In this document: positions 1 to 14,049 of the stretch, in pieces | How positions within the stretch are numbered: the first letter of the stretch is position 1 | Layout of the letters: each line of letters opens with the position of its first letter | Assembly: GCA_951406725.2 (NCBI GenBank) | Contig: OX597841.1 | Span: 20,646,001 to 20,710,000, forward strand | Origin: Octopus vulgaris | Taxonomy: Eukaryota | Direction of reading: 5' to 3' | DNA length: 64,000 nucleotides | The notes under the pieces: model-generated | The model's input: only the letters and a program-made list of their open reading frames with translations | What the model was told of the DNA's origin: nothing | Databases searched by the model: none | Position numbers and translations under genes: made by a program

Positions 1-239
1 AAATCATACTCGGTCTTCAATGCCTTACTCAAGCGAAAGGTGGCAGAAATCGTCACTGCCAGACGTATAAAGTGAGCGAATATACTCGTATATGTCAAAA
101 AAGAGTTTATAATAGACAAAGGAACTCGTTTGCTGTCGATTTTGGCGAGTCTATCTTTTGACGAGTTAACTCGCCAGAGATAGAAAAAAACGATTTCGGT
201 CAAAACGCATATATTCGTTTCTGCCGGGTAAGGGGTTAA

Positions 240-850
240 AGAACATGTTTATCGTTGTAAACATTGGCAAAAACATACCTTAATTCTTATAAGTAATTTC
301 TACTAATCTATAAAATTTGCCCTTTAACTGTCTTCTTACATTTCATTTCCACTACTTATATCTATTTCCAGACCTTTAAGCTTTATTCCCTTTCGTCTAT
401 TGCACTATATTTCTTCACTCTTAATTTTCTGTTCATTTCTTTCTTCCTCCTCCTTCTCGTTTTCTAAATTGCCTTTGATGTTAAATCTATTAATGTTTTT
501 TTAAAAAATAACTTGCCACCATTCCCCTTCATCATATACGTGGTAATTCCATTCAATTAAAATGGCTTATTGATGTGTTTTCTTTCTCTTTTTTTTTCCC
601 TGATGAGATGATTGCATTTTACTCCCTCTTGAATAATATCAATGTTTTCTTCAAAACATGCCGGAAGTATAAAGATTTGAAGAACACCTATGTTTAACTC
701 CACTTCTTAATTTATCTATGTTATACAAAAACATTTCACTCAATCTTGCAATTTTTACCTTTTCCTTGGCAATTATGTGAAGTTTTGCTACCCTGGCAAC
801 TATTTATTTTTTCCGTGTTATTTATACACATTAAATAAATACACATACAT
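240..850 (+). repeat. Decayed HHR-bearing repeat (Penelope pLTR-like), copy 1
   Basis: Diverged reverse complement of 1120-1747 and direct homolog of 6250-6720; CTGATGA at 600-606 and TCTTC-AAAAC-ATG near 648-660. Confidence 0.6.
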
Positions 851-854
851 TGAT

Positions 855-1040
855 GTATATATATATATATATATACATATATATGTATGTGTATATATAT
901 ATAGATATATATGCATATATATACAGGTATATATACAAATATATATATGTATATATACATACATATATATATGTATGTATAAATACATATATATGTATAA
1001 ATACATATATATGTATAATACATATATATGTATATATACA

Positions 1041-1081
<41 letters not shown>

Positions 1082-1105
1082 CACACATACATATATATGT
1101 ATATA
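855..1105. repeat. (TA)n/(TATACA)n microsatellite
   Basis: Direct inspection; source of the spurious YI-repeat ORFs. Confidence 0.95.
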
Positions 1106-1119
1106 AATGTATGTGTACA

Positions 1120-1747
1120 TTTTCAATGTGTACAAATAACATGGAAAAAATAAATAAATAGTTACCAGGGTAGCAAAAAATTTACATAAGTACCAAGGAT
1201 GTTACAGCCGACTTATAATGGTAGAAATTCCAGGGTTTAGTGAAATGGTTTTGAATAACAGATAAATAAAGAAAAGGATTTAGAAGCGTGTGTTATTCAA
1301 ATCTTTATACTTTCGACATATGTTTCGAAGAAAACATTGGTATTATTCCAGAGGGAATAAAATGATGTAAAACAATGCGATCTTCTTAGGAATAAAAAGA
1401 GAAACAAAACACATCAATAATTCATTTCAACTGAATGTGATTACTGCGTATATGATGAAGGGAATGCTGGCAAGTTATTTCTTAAAAAACTGTTAACAGA
1501 TTTAATGTCAAGGGCAACTTAGAGAAAGAGAAGGAGGAGAAAGAAAGAAATTAACAGAAAATTAAGAGTGGAGAAATACAGTGTGATAGACGAAAGGGAA
1601 TAAAGCTTAAAGGCACATAAATAGATATATTTAGTGGAAATGAAATGTAAGAAGACAGTTAAAGGGCAAATTTTATAGATTAGTAGAAATTACTTATAGG
1701 AAATAAAGGTATGTTTTTGCAAATGTTTACAATGATAAACACATTCT
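1120..1747 (-). repeat. Decayed HHR-bearing repeat, copy 2 (inverted)
   Basis: Reverse complement matches 240-850; minus strand of 1310-1393 reads GAAGA...TCTTC GAAAC ATAT GTC. Confidence 0.6.
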
Positions 1748-1902
1748 ATAAACGTATTTACAAGAGTAGTCTCTGAGAACAGGATGAGATAGAGTTCTTC
1801 ATTACAGAGCGGACAAGAACATTTACCTTTATCATATGGATAGAATATATATATATATATTTATATATATATATATATAAATATACATATCTACATGTAT
1901 AT

Positions 1903-4900
1903 CATCATCATCATCGTTTAGCATCCGCTTTCCATGCTAGTATGGGTTGGACGGTTCAACCGGGGTCTGGGAAGCCAGAAGGCTGCACCAGGCCCAGTCT
2001 GATCTGGCAATGTTTCTACAGCTGGATGCCCTTCGTAACGCCAACCACTCCGTGAGTGTAGTGGGTACTTTTTACGTGCCACTGGCACAGGTGCCAGACA
2101 AGACTGGCAAACAGCCACGAATGGATGGTGCTTTTTACATGCACCGGCACGAGGCCAGTCGGGGTGGCGCTGGCAACGGCCACGTTCGGATGGTTCTCTT
2201 ACATGCCACCGGCACTAGTATCATAGCTGCAATTTCCATTGATGTTGATCGATTTCGATTCTCACTTGCCTCAACAGGTCTTCACAAGTAGAATTTTGTG
2301 TCCCAAGAAGGAACGGTATGCATACGTGAACTGGCTACATCCCATGTAGAGGCCACGGGTTATGGTCACACTTGTCCTGCCGGGTCTTCTCACGCACAGC
2401 ATACTTCCAAAGGTCTCGGTCTCTAGTCATTTCCTCAGAGAGACCTAAAGTTCGAAGGTCAAGCTTCACCACCTCGTTCCAGGTTTTCCTGGGTCTGCCT
2501 CTTCCATAGGTTCCCTCAACCACTAGGGTGTGGTACTTTTTCACACAACTATCTTCATTCATTCTAGCCACATGACCATACCAGCGCAAACGTCTCTCTT
2601 GCACACCACAACTGATGCTTCTTAGGTCCAGCTTTTCTCTCAAGGTACTAACACTCTGCCGAGTATGAAAACTGACATTACACATCCTTCGGAGCATACT
2701 GGCTTCATTTCTTGTGAGCTTATGCATATCCTCATCAGTCACGGCCCATGTTTCACTACCATGTAGCATGGCTGTTCGTACACATGCATCATACAGTCTA
2801 CCTTTTACTCTGAGCGAGAGGTCTTTTGTCCCTAGCAGAGGTAAGAGCTCTCTGAACTTTGCCCAGGCTATTCTTACTCTAGCAGTTACAATTTCAGCAC
2901 AACCGCCCCCACTACTGACTTGGTCACCTAGGTAACGGAAGCTATCAACTATTTCTAGTTTTTCTCCCTGGAATGTGGCAGAAGTTGGTCTCAGAGCATT
3001 TTCAGTGTTTAGTGGTCCTGAGCATCTGCCACATACAAAACTATCTTCCTAGTTAGCCTTCCTTTGACATTGCTGCACCTCTTATGTGTCCATAGCTTAC
3101 ACTTGGTACATCTTATAGAGTTTCTACCTACACCTTTTCTACAGATCGAGCAGGGCCATCTACCTGAAGGCGTTTGTGATTTGTCTACCTTCCTACTTAT
3201 TAGGACTTTGGTTTTAGCTAGGTTGACTCTAAGGCCCTTCGATTCTAATCCTTGCTTCCACACCTGAAACTTCTCCTCCAGTTCTGATAGTGACTCAGCA
3301 ATTAGAGCAAGGTCATCAGCATAGAGGAGCTCCCAGGGGCATCCTGATTTGAATTCCTCCGTTATTGCCTGGAGGACTATGATAAAGAGGAGGGGGCTGA
3401 GGACTGAGCCTTGGTGGACCCCTACCTCTACCCGGAATTCTTCACTGTACTCGTTGCCAACCCTCACCTTACTAGCAGCGTCCCTATACATGGCTCGCAC
3501 AGCTCTCACTAAACATTCATCTATCCCTAGTTTCCTCATTGACCACCAGATAAGGGATCGGGGGACCCTGTCGAAGGCTTTCTCCATGTCAACAAAAGCC
3601 AGGTACAGGGGCTTATCTTTGACTAGGTATTTCTCCTGCAGCTGCCTTACCAGGAATATAGCATCAGTGGTACTTTTCCCTGGCACGAACCCAAACTGCA
3701 TCTCATCGAACTAACTCTCTCTCTAATTAGTTGGGCTATAACCCTCTTCGTAACCTTCATTACCTGATCCAACAGCTTGATACCTCTGTAATTATTTGTA
3801 TCTGGGGTGTCACCTTTACCTTTGTAGCAGTTGACCATTATGCTGCTACACCAGTCATTGGGTATGACTCCTTCGTGTATCACCTGGTTAACTATACGAG
3901 TGACTAGGCTATAGCCGACACTACCAGATATTTTGAGCATCTCTGCAGTGATTCCTGATGGGCCTGGGGCTTTCCCTGTCTTCATGCTTCTAATTGCCTT
4001 AACTACTATGGAACTGTCAACTCGGATAGCTGGTCCCTCTGTTGGGTCGACATTCAGCAGACTCTCTTTATCCCATTCATTTTCTTTATTCAGCAACCTT
4101 TCATAGTGGCATCTCCAAACCTCTCTCTTTGCATCCTCATTTAGCGCAAGTGAACCATCTTCCATGCGAACACACTTCTCTCCTACCACATCACGATTCT
4201 CTCTCACACACTGTCTTGCGACACGGAACACCTCCAGTCTTTGGTCCTCACGGCGCAGAACATTGGCAATTTTTTCTTATCTGCTTCCCCTCTGGCTAGA
4301 TAGACCTGTCTCCTAGCTTTCCTTTTGGCAGTCTGATACAATTCCCTGTTACCACCATTCTTCCAGTCCTTCCAAGCCTGTCTCTTTTCTCTAATAGCCC
4401 TGTCTACAACATTGTTCCACCACCACATTACCTAGGGACGAGAGGGGACTTTGCACCAGCCACAGATCTGGTCAGTGGCTCTCAGCAGGTTGTCCCTTAG
4501 AAACGTCCAGTTGCCCTCTACCCCATGTGATACTCTATCCCCTTCTACTTCGTCAAAGGCTTCAAGTAACATGTCCCTAAATCTCTGTCCATTCGCAGGA
4601 TCTTTAAGTTTCCAGACCCTTCTTTTTCATGTTGGTCGTCTTCTGGGCGTCCACTTAGTCCTGATCCTAAAGTCACTAACTACCAGTCTATGTTGTGGGA
4701 TACACTCTTGACCTGAAAAGGTTTTGGCATTTATAAGCAGCCATCTTTCCCTTTTTCTGGCAAGGGTGTTGTCAATTTGGCTAGTATGTTGGCCCGATTA
4801 GTAGGTGACTGGTAGGCTTCCTGAAGTTAGTGTTGCAAGCCATAAGATCGTTTGCATCGCAGAACTCCAACAGCCTGGTTCCCTCCTTGTTGCGGGTACC

Positions 4901-6060
4901 ATAGCCATAGCCTCCATGTTGTCCAGCATGCATTGAAGTCACCAGCCACAAAGAGAAGGTCTCTGTCATTCGTCAACAAGGTAGTCTGCAGTAGAGTATC
5001 ATAGAATCGGTCTTTCTGTCCATCGGGTAGCCCCGACTGAGGAGCATAGGCCGATATAATGGTTGCTAAACTATGATGAAGTATTAATCTAATCTTAAGT
5101 ATTCTGTCACATACTCTGTTTACCTCAATTACTTTATCTACCCATTTCTCAGCGATAAGTATACCCACGCCACCAACCCCGTCAGTGTTCCCTGCCCAGA
5201 AAATCTTGTACCTGTGTTCCTTGCCTGTGAGGAACCTAGCAGAACCTCCTCTCCACCTCACTTCTTAGATGCAACATATATCAACACATCTCCGTTCAAG
5301 CATCTCGACTATCTCGCCAGACCTACCTTTCAGTGTGCCAGCGTTGAGGGTGCCAACCCTGAGGGTGTGGGAGGTATGGGCCCTAGAGACCCTGGGACGG
5401 TGGACAGTAGCTTCATGTACCTGAAAAGAAAGCTTGCATTTGGCAGAATTCATGAGCAAGTAATACAGTAGCCTTCAGTTCAACCTGCATAACACTACCC
5501 TTTCATATTTTGCACTGTATGAACATTACCTTACATAGGTCGAGTCTAGGGGTAGGGATGGTGAAAGGACTTTTGCAGTGTTCGTGGGAAGCAACCCAAG
5601 GATGGCAAAGAATAGGAACTTCCAGCATGTGTGGAGGGGGTGGGAGGGCAGGTACACCACAAACTAGTAAGAGGTTCTGTTAATCGTGAGAGCAAGAAAG
5701 TAAGTTTGAAAAATCTGAGAAAGTCAAATTTTAGGGGAAAGATAAGTGGCTATGAATATAAGGTTATCTTCGGGAGCAACAGGAAGACAAGACTAAACGA
5801 AAAACATATTTACATGAATGGCATGTTACTGAGCTAGACAGAGTAATGAGAGAATACTGAAAGAATAATATGATGGGAGAATAATGATGATACGTGCAAA
5901 GATAGTAGGTAGAAGAAAGTGAGATTGAAAGAAGGATTCCTTATCTTTATCCGTTCATGAGCTGTGTGTAATTCTTCGTTAGGGATTTGGAAGCGAGTGG
6001 GATTCCCGATTATGCGTTCGCTAGTTTATATATGGCGATGGTGGTTATGGATAGAGGGGG
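1903..6060 (-). mobile_element. Near full-length RTE-clade LINE
   Basis: APE endonuclease (VGTLNAGTL, SAYAPQ, AGDFN), RT (QFGF, FVDMEKAFD, HQGSVLSP, LYADD), 3' UTR ending in (GAT)n; 5' boundary approximate. Confidence 0.9.
2335..5459 (-). pseudogene. Frameshifted RTE endonuclease-reverse transcriptase ORF with PHD-like Cys/His insert
   Basis: ORF pieces 5265-5459, 4827-5261, 4781-4969, 4204-4428, 3647-4231, 3009-3701 and 2335-2769 are consecutive parts of one protein; motif CSICRKGVGRNSIRCTKCKLWTHKRC. Confidence 0.9.
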
Positions 6061-6249
6061 ACATATGTATATATACATATATATACTTATATACATAGAT
6101 GTGTGTGTTTTTCCCTTGTTAGCAATTAACAATTTAATTTAGATTGGTTGATTCTCTCAATTTTGAACCCTTACGATAAAGGCAAAGAATTCCGTCTTTT
6201 CTGTAATTCTGAACTATTTCTTCTTTTTTCGAAAAATCCCCTTGTAAAC

Positions 6250-6720
6250 ACGGTTATAGAGCATGCATACCGATGTAAACATTGGCAGAAACAAACCTTT
6301 AGTTCATATAAGTGATATCTATCATTATATATAATTTAAACATTAATTTTCTTCTTACATTTCATATTCACTAGATATATCTTTTTCCAAGACTTTAAAT
6401 TACATATCGTTATACACTTCTCATTTGTTTGGTTTTTTCTTTTCTTTCCTCCTCTTTCTATAGGCTACCTTTGACGTTATATACTCTAATGTTTGGTTTT
6501 TTTAAACTTAATAGCGTTCAGTTAATCACTATACATATCATCATATTCTGTTAAAATGTCTTATTGATAAGTTTCATTTCTTCATTTCTTTGAAGAGAAG
6601 ATTACATTGCTTTACACCATTTTATTCCTTTGGAATAATGACAGTAATATCTTCAAAACATGTGTCAGAAGTAAAAGAATTTGAATAACACCTGCGTTTC
6701 ACTTCATTTATTTATTTATA
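6250..6720 (+). repeat. Decayed HHR-bearing repeat, copy 3
   Basis: Homologous to 240-720; 6585-6671 reads ttct TTGAAGA GAAGA..TCTTC AAAAC ATGT GTC agaa. Confidence 0.55.
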
Positions 6721-6874
6721 TATTTATATACTTTATATATATATATGTTCGGTATTCTCAATAAATGCACAAAAACAGTTTTAAGGGCTGGCTACATACT
6801 GGATTAGTGAAACAATTATGAGAACAGAACCAAGGGATACGCCCCGCTTTCGTGGGAATTACTGGGTACGTCAG

Positions 6875-7262
6875 CTAAGGAGTGGCTGTGTGGTAAGTAC
6901 CTTGCTTACCAACTACATGGTTCCAGGTTCAGTCCCACTGCATGGCACCTTGGGCAAAGTGTCTTCTACTATAGCAGTGGGGCCGACCAAAGCCTCGTGA
7001 GCGGATTTGGTAGATAGAAACTGAAAGAAGCCCGTCGTATATATGTATACATATGTGTGTGTGTTTGTATGTCTGTGCTTGTCCCACCCAACATCGCTTA
7101 ATGTTGGTGTGCTTAAATCCCTGTAACTTAGCATTTCGACATAAGAGACCGATAGAATAAGTACTTGGCTTACAAAGAATAAGTCCTGGGGTTGATTTGC
7201 TTGACTAAAAGGTGGTGCTCCAGCATGGCTGCAGTCAAATGACTGAAACAAGTAAAAGAATA
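6875..7262 (+). mobile_element. tRNA-head CORE-like SINE with CR1-like tail
   Basis: A/B-box-like TGGCTGTGTGG and GGTTCAGTCCC, CCTTGGGCAAG core, central microsatellite, tail GGTGCTCCAGCATGGC...ACTGAAAC; many copies in window. Confidence 0.85.
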
Positions 7263-7272
7263 AAATATGTAT

Positions 7273-7435
7273 AGGCGCAGGAGTGGCTGTGTGGTAAGTA
7301 GCTTGCTAACCAACCACATGGTTCCGGGTTCAGTCCCATTGCGTGGCTTCTTGGGCAAGTGTCTTCTGCTATAGCCCTGGGCCGACCAAAGCCTTGTGAG
7401 TGGATTTGGTAGACGGAAACTGAAGGAAGCCTGTC

Positions 7436-7503
<68 letters not shown>

Positions 7504-7710
7504 TTGTGTGTCTGTGTTTGTCCCCCTAGCATTGCTTGACAACCGATGCTGGTGTGTTTATGTCCCCGTTACTTAGCTGTTTGGCAAAAGAGACCGATAG
7601 AATAAGTACAGGGCTTACAAAAGAATAAGTCCTGGGGTCGATTTGCTCGACTAAAGGCGGTGCTCCAGCATGGCCACAGTCAAATGACTGAAACAAGTAA
7701 AAGAGTAAAA
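7273..7710 (+). mobile_element. Same SINE family, tandem copy
   Basis: Near-identical organisation to 6875-7262. Confidence 0.85.
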
Positions 7711-7733
7711 AAAGAGTATACACATGTATACAT

Positions 7734-7764
<31 letters not shown>

Positions 7765-8044
7765 AACCTTTACATATATAAATAACGTGAAATACACGAA
7801 GGGACGAACATAAGAGACAGACGGGTCATTCAAAGCCTTCGTTCTTCAGTCAGAAACCGATTCATCATCGCAAATTTCGGCTGTTTAATTCTGAGATCTG
7901 CTCTGAATCGGCCAGCCCCAGAAGGAAAGAATGCAACGCAACAGAGACGAACATGAAACGAAAAAAACTTTTTTGAAGACAGTAACGGTTAAAAACGAGG
8001 ATGACATATATATACATATATATATAAATATACATTTTTTTTTT

Positions 8045-9630
8045 CTAGTTTCAGCTCAGAGCTGCAGCCATGCTGATGCACCGCCGTTTTGTGCTACACT
8101 GTTATTACGACGAACCTCGTCTAATATGTGGCACTTGGTGAAGAATGGAGTTTGATACAGCTACATTTGCACCTCTTGCCGTGAGGTAGGTTCATCTGGG
8201 ACTCTTGACAGGAAGATGCCCAGCTTTGATTTAAAAACCGCTACATCTACTTTGTGCAAGTTCCTCAGACTCTTTAGGAGAATATTAAAAAGCTGTGGGC
8301 CCTTGAAACCCAGGCTGTTGCAGAAGTTGGTCCTGAAGCATGATGGCATTGCTGGGATCTTTGGTACTATGTAGTGTTGTCCCATTCTAGCATTGGTGCA
8401 GCTTACAATGACAAAATTTGGCACAATTCCTTCCAGGATCTTCCAGACATATATTACTGCATACCTCTCCCGTCTTCTCTCCAGGGAGTAGAGTCTTAGC
8501 TGTTTCAATCTTTCCCAGTTGCTGAGCTGTTGCAAAGAGACGATCTTCTCTGGATTGCTTCAAGGTCCGCTGTTAATTTTACACTGGTGGGTGACCATAG
8601 CTGTGAGCAGTAATCCAGGCAGCTGAGGACGAATGTCTGCCAGAGGACCATCATGGTTTCCTTATCTCTGGTTCTGAATGTTCTTAGGATCCACCCAGCC
8701 AGTCGTCTGCACTTTGTCGCCATCCTGGTAATGTGCACTTGGAAAGAGGTATCATCACTCATGTCGATACCCAGGTCCCTCACAGACTTAGGCTCTGGGA
8801 CTGAAATTCCCTGTGGACCGGTGTATCCTGTAAGTTTAATATTCAGTTTTGGATGCTGGTAGCACAGGGCCTGGAATTTTTCAGCATTAAACTGCATATT
8901 ATTATCCTCAGCCCATCTGTAGATTCAGTCCAACTCCTGCTGCAGGTGTGCAACATCGCTGGGGTTCTGTATTTTCTGCGAGACTTTCATATCGTCTGCA
9001 TAGCTGGCCAGAGTGGCTATCCGGCATTTGAGGGCATATCTGAGAGGGCCACTATAAAAAGCAGTGGTCCCAAGACAGTGCCCTGTGGAACACCGCTCAC
9101 TATTTGTGTGTTCATAGAGGTGGCTCCATTAACCACTACTGCCTGACTCCTATCTTTCAGGAAGTCATGCAACCACACTCCAAGTTTTCCAGCTATGCCG
9201 AGGTCACGTAGTTTGTGGCATATCATACCATGATCCACCTTGTCAAAAGCTTTTGCAAAATCAAGGTAGATTACGTTCACATTTGATTTGTTGAGTAACT
9301 GCCTCAACACCCAGTCATAATGCTGTAAGAGCTGGGTCAGGTAGCTCCTACCTGGTCGAAAACCATGCTGGTTATTACTCAGCAAGTTATTTTCCTCAAG
9401 GAATGCGATTAGTTTCTTTCTGACTATCCTTTCCATGACTTTGCTGATGTGTGAAGTTAGATAGATAGGCCTATAGTTTTTGGCATCTGCTCTACTTCCC
9501 CCTTTATGTATTGGGCATATTATTCCCTCCTTCAGCTTGCCATTCGCAAGAAAGCTCTGGAAGAGAATCTTGAGGGGTTTTGCCTGGGCATGCTTACACG
9601 CTTTGAGGAGGATGGCTGGGAAACCGTGAC
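8045..9630 (-). mobile_element. 5'-truncated CR1-like LINE, family A (frameshifted)
   Basis: [41 protein letters not shown] and LDYCSQLWSP spread over ORFs 9017-, 8505-8897 and 8161-8535; 5' end abuts TA tract. Confidence 0.9.
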
Positions 9631-9664
<34 letters not shown>

Positions 9665-9762
9665 GTATATATATATATATATATATACATATATATATAC
9701 ATATACATATACATATATATATATACATATATATATATACATATATATATATATACATATAC

Positions 9763-9821
<59 letters not shown>

Positions 9822-10429
9822 TATATACATATATATATATACATATATATATATACATATATATATATACATATATATATATACATATATATATATACAT
9901 ATACATATATACATATACATATATATACATACATATATATATATACATATACATATATATACATATATATATATACATATATATACATATACATATATAT
10001 ATACATATATATATATACATATACATATATATATACATATATATATACATATATATATACATATATATATACATATATATATACATATATATATATATAT
10101 ACATACATATATACATATATATATACATATATATATACATATATATACATATATATATATATATACATACATATATACATATATATATACATATATATAT
10201 ACATATATATATACATATATATATATATACATACATATATACATATATATATATATACATACATATTTGATATACATACATATTTGATATACATATATAT
10301 ATACATATATATATATATACATACATATATATATATATATATATACATACATATATATATATATACATATACATATATATATACATATACATATATATAT
10401 ACATATATATATATATACATATATATACA

Positions 10430-10461
<32 letters not shown>

Positions 10462-10592
10462 CATATATATATATACATATATATATATACATATATATAT
10501 ACATATACATATATATATACATATACATATACATATATATATACATATATATATATATACATATATATATATACATATACATATATATATAC

Positions 10593-10663
<71 letters not shown>

Positions 10664-10693
10664 TACATACATATTTGATATACATATATATAT
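9631..10693. repeat. About 1.06 kb (TA)n/(TATACA)n microsatellite
   Basis: Direct inspection. Confidence 0.95.
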
Positions 10694-13374
10694 AGAATAA
10701 CTTAGAATAACTTAGAAAGGTTTTTGGCCAGTATTGGCCCAGGCCATGTCTAACTTAATAGCACCACCTGGCGAAGTCTTTCAGTTCAGGATTTGGGCAC
10801 CAAGGCCCATTCGAGCAGAGAGTTATTGTTTGCGGAGACATATCCGGGTGTGGATGGTTTGTCCGGTACTGTTTGAAGGAATTTGTCCAAAGACTTCTTG
10901 AATTTTGTGTGGTCAGTTTCTTTTTTGACGTGTCCTGGTGTAATGTTGAAGAGAGCGGGTCCAATTGAGGTGAAATAGTTGTGCCGTATTGTCGTTATGT
11001 GATGCGATTTAGATTTTTGTTGTGGACGGATGGCACGTGGTCCAAGCCTTGGATGCATTTTGAAGGTGATGCCAACATCATTCGGACAGTGCTGATGGAA
11101 TATTTTCCACATCATACAGATAATGTAGCGTTCACGGCGTCGTTGGAGTGAATACAATTTCAGCTTCTCTAGTCTACCCCAGTAGTCAAGGTCTGACATG
11201 CCATCTATCTTTTTTGTGATTGACCTTTGGGGAGCTTCAATTCTCATAATATTTTGTTTTGTGTAGGGAGACCACAGTGGACAGCAGTATTCAAGGTGGG
11301 GTCGGGCAAAAGTGGAGAAGAGAAGGATAATAGCGTGGGAATCTCTCGACTGGAAGGTTCTGAGAATCCAGGAACACATTCTGCGGGCCATGTCAACTTT
11401 GCTGCTTATATGTGTAGCCCAGCTTATGTTGTTGTCCACTGTTACTCCCAGGTCTCTGATGTTGTTGGATGCCATGAGAATTTCTCCAGAAGGAAGAGAG
11501 TATGGGAGTTTCAGAGCGTCCTCCCTTCCAAAGTGGATCAGTTCGAATTTGTCTTCATTTAGCAACATGTTATTCTTTTCCGCCCATTGGACAACAGCTA
11601 GTAGGTCTGACTGAAGGTTTATTCGGTCATCCACGCCATTGATGACCTTCTGGAGCTTGGAATCATCAGCGAAGGTTCTGATGTTGCTGTGTTTGATGGT
11701 GTCAGTAATATCATTTATGTAGATGATGAAGAGAAGTGGGCCCAACACAGTGCCTTGTGGGACACCACTGCTGACTTTGGCTGGGCTGGATTTGACTCCT
11801 TCGACTACAACATGTTGGGTTCTGTTAGAGAGGAAGCACTTGATCCATTGCAGCAGCTTTCCAGTGACACCAATATTGGACAGCTTTCTCAGAAGGATCT
11901 TATGATCAACCCTGTCAAAGGCCTTGCTGAAATCAAGGTAGATGACATCAGTGTTGGAACCCTCTCCCAAGGCTCTCAAAATGTCATCAAAATGATGCAG
12001 TAGCTGCGTCAGGCAATCTCTCCCATTACGAAATCCATGCTGGTTGGGGTTCAGCATATTATGACTCTCAAGGAAGTGAGTCATACGCGATCTCAGCACC
12101 CTCTCAAATACCTTGATGATATGAGAGGTGAGTGAGATTGGACGGTAATTCACGGCAAGCGATTTGTTTCCTTTTTTGAAAACTGGGACAACAGACTGGG
12201 ATAGGTCTTCTGGTATATATCCAGCATCCAATGAGTTCCGCCACAGATTGGCTAGAGGGGGTGCAAGTTGGTTTTGACACATCTTCAAGACACAAGCAGG
12301 GAACCTATCGGGACCTACTGCTGAATTATGCTTCATTTCCTTTATTGCTGCTAAGACATCAGGAGCGCCAAATGTTATGTCCGATAAAGTGTATTGGGGA
12401 GTAACATCACTGATACAGCCCAGATCAGTCATATCAGGATTGCTGAAAACAGAGCAATATTGTTTCTGCAATATTTCTCCCATGGTTTTGGCATTGTCTT
12501 GAAGAATACCATTTTCATCAATCAGAGGGCCAACAGTAGAACCAGTGACTCTGTGTTTTTTTGCAAATGAAAAGAACACTTTGGGATTGAGTTTGATCTT
12601 CTCAATGGCCCAGGCCTCTTCAGCTCTTCGCTGACTATTGATGATAGACATCATGTTGTTTTGGAGTTTATGTTTTTTAATCTCTAGCGACGAGATGGCA
12701 GTCAGGTTGGTGTGTTGCTGTTGACAGTATTTCAGCATGTTGATCTTTTTGTTGATTCTTTTAATTTTCCTTATGAGAGATTTTCTATTTCTAGGGATTC
12801 GACACTTAGATTTGTTTGCAGATCTTAATGGGGTGTGTCTTGCACATATGTTCGTGATGGTGTCTACAAGTGACTGCCAGGACTTTTTGATGTTAGTGGG
12901 TGTGTATGTGTGCGTGAAGGACCAATCGACTTGTGCAAGATCATTATTGATCGCTTCCCAGTTTGCATTGTGGAAATCCATAGTGTCAAATGGATGAACA
13001 GGAGGGATGACATTTGTTTTGCATTTTGGCCAGTGAAATCTCAGATCACAGAGAACCATGTCATGGTCGGAGAGTAGGGTTTTCTCCACTGCAATATTGT
13101 GGATAGTATCAGTGTGATTGCTGAAAATTAAGTCTAAGACGTTTTTGTGACATCTCGTTGGTTCGAGTACCAGTTGGGACAAGAAGAAGTCATCCATGAA
13201 GTCAAGAAGCGATTCCACTGCCTCCCTGTCAGGGGTTGAGAGAGAAGAACCTGGCGGCAGACTGTTTATAGACCAGTCAACCCCGGGAAGGTTGAAATCT
13301 CCCATCATTAAAATGTTGTCAGGTTGACACTGCTGAATGAAACACTTTATGCTGTTGAGGCATTCCTTGAAGCA
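10694..13374 (-). mobile_element. 5'-truncated CR1-like LINE, family B, long open ORF2
   Basis: ORF 10786-13464 open from the endonuclease C-terminal part (MGDFNLP, LDLIF, SDH) through RT (YLDFSKAFD, VPQG, FADD) to the stop; short tandem tail TTCTAAGTTA. Confidence 0.92.
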
Positions 13375-13449
13375 TGTATGTATATATATATATACATACA
13401 TATATATATATATATATATACATACATATATATATACATATATATATAT

Positions 13450-13630
13450 GCACGTAAAAAGCACCCACTACACTCACGGAGTGGTTGGCGTTAGGAAGGG
13501 CATCCAGCTGTAGAAACATTGCCAGATCAGACTGGGCCTGGTGCAGCCTTCTGGCTTCACAGACCCCAGTTAAACCGTCCAACCCATGCCAGCATGGAAA
13601 ACGGACGTTAAATGATGATGATGATGATGA
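13450..13630 (+). mobile_element. RTE 3'-tail fragment
   Basis: Matches the 3' UTR of the 1903-6060 LINE and ends in (GAT)n. Confidence 0.85.
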
Positions 13631-13661
13631 TATATATACATATATATATACATATATATAT

Positions 13662-13726
<65 letters not shown>

Positions 13727-13784
13727 CATATATACATACATATATATATATATACATATATATATACATACATATATACATACA

Positions 13785-13864
<80 letters not shown>

Positions 13865-13917
13865 CATACATATATATATATACATACATATATATATATA
13901 CATACATATATATATAT

Positions 13918-13948
<31 letters not shown>

Positions 13949-14009
13949 CATACATACATATATATATATACATAAATATATATATATACATACATACATA
14001 TATATATAT

Positions 14010-14048
<39 letters not shown>
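13631..14048. repeat. (TA)n/(TACA)n microsatellite
   Basis: Direct inspection. Confidence 0.95.

Positions 14049-14049
<1 letters not shown>

Noticed and set aside
200-239. GGGGTTAA end resembling a piggyBac terminus
   Set aside because: Partner end not visible in the window, so insufficient support
7790-7990. Minus-strand CTGAAGA and GAAA motifs
   Set aside because: Could not build consistent stems I-III; at most a very decayed pLTR-like remnant
9017-10700. Long YI/CI-rich ORFs here and at 736-1161, 13319-14178, 25512-26594, 27417-28373 and 57730-58593, including the 551-aa microsatellite-RT fusion
   Set aside because: Translations of stop-free TA/TACA microsatellites; the fusion only reflects a LINE truncation point next to the tract
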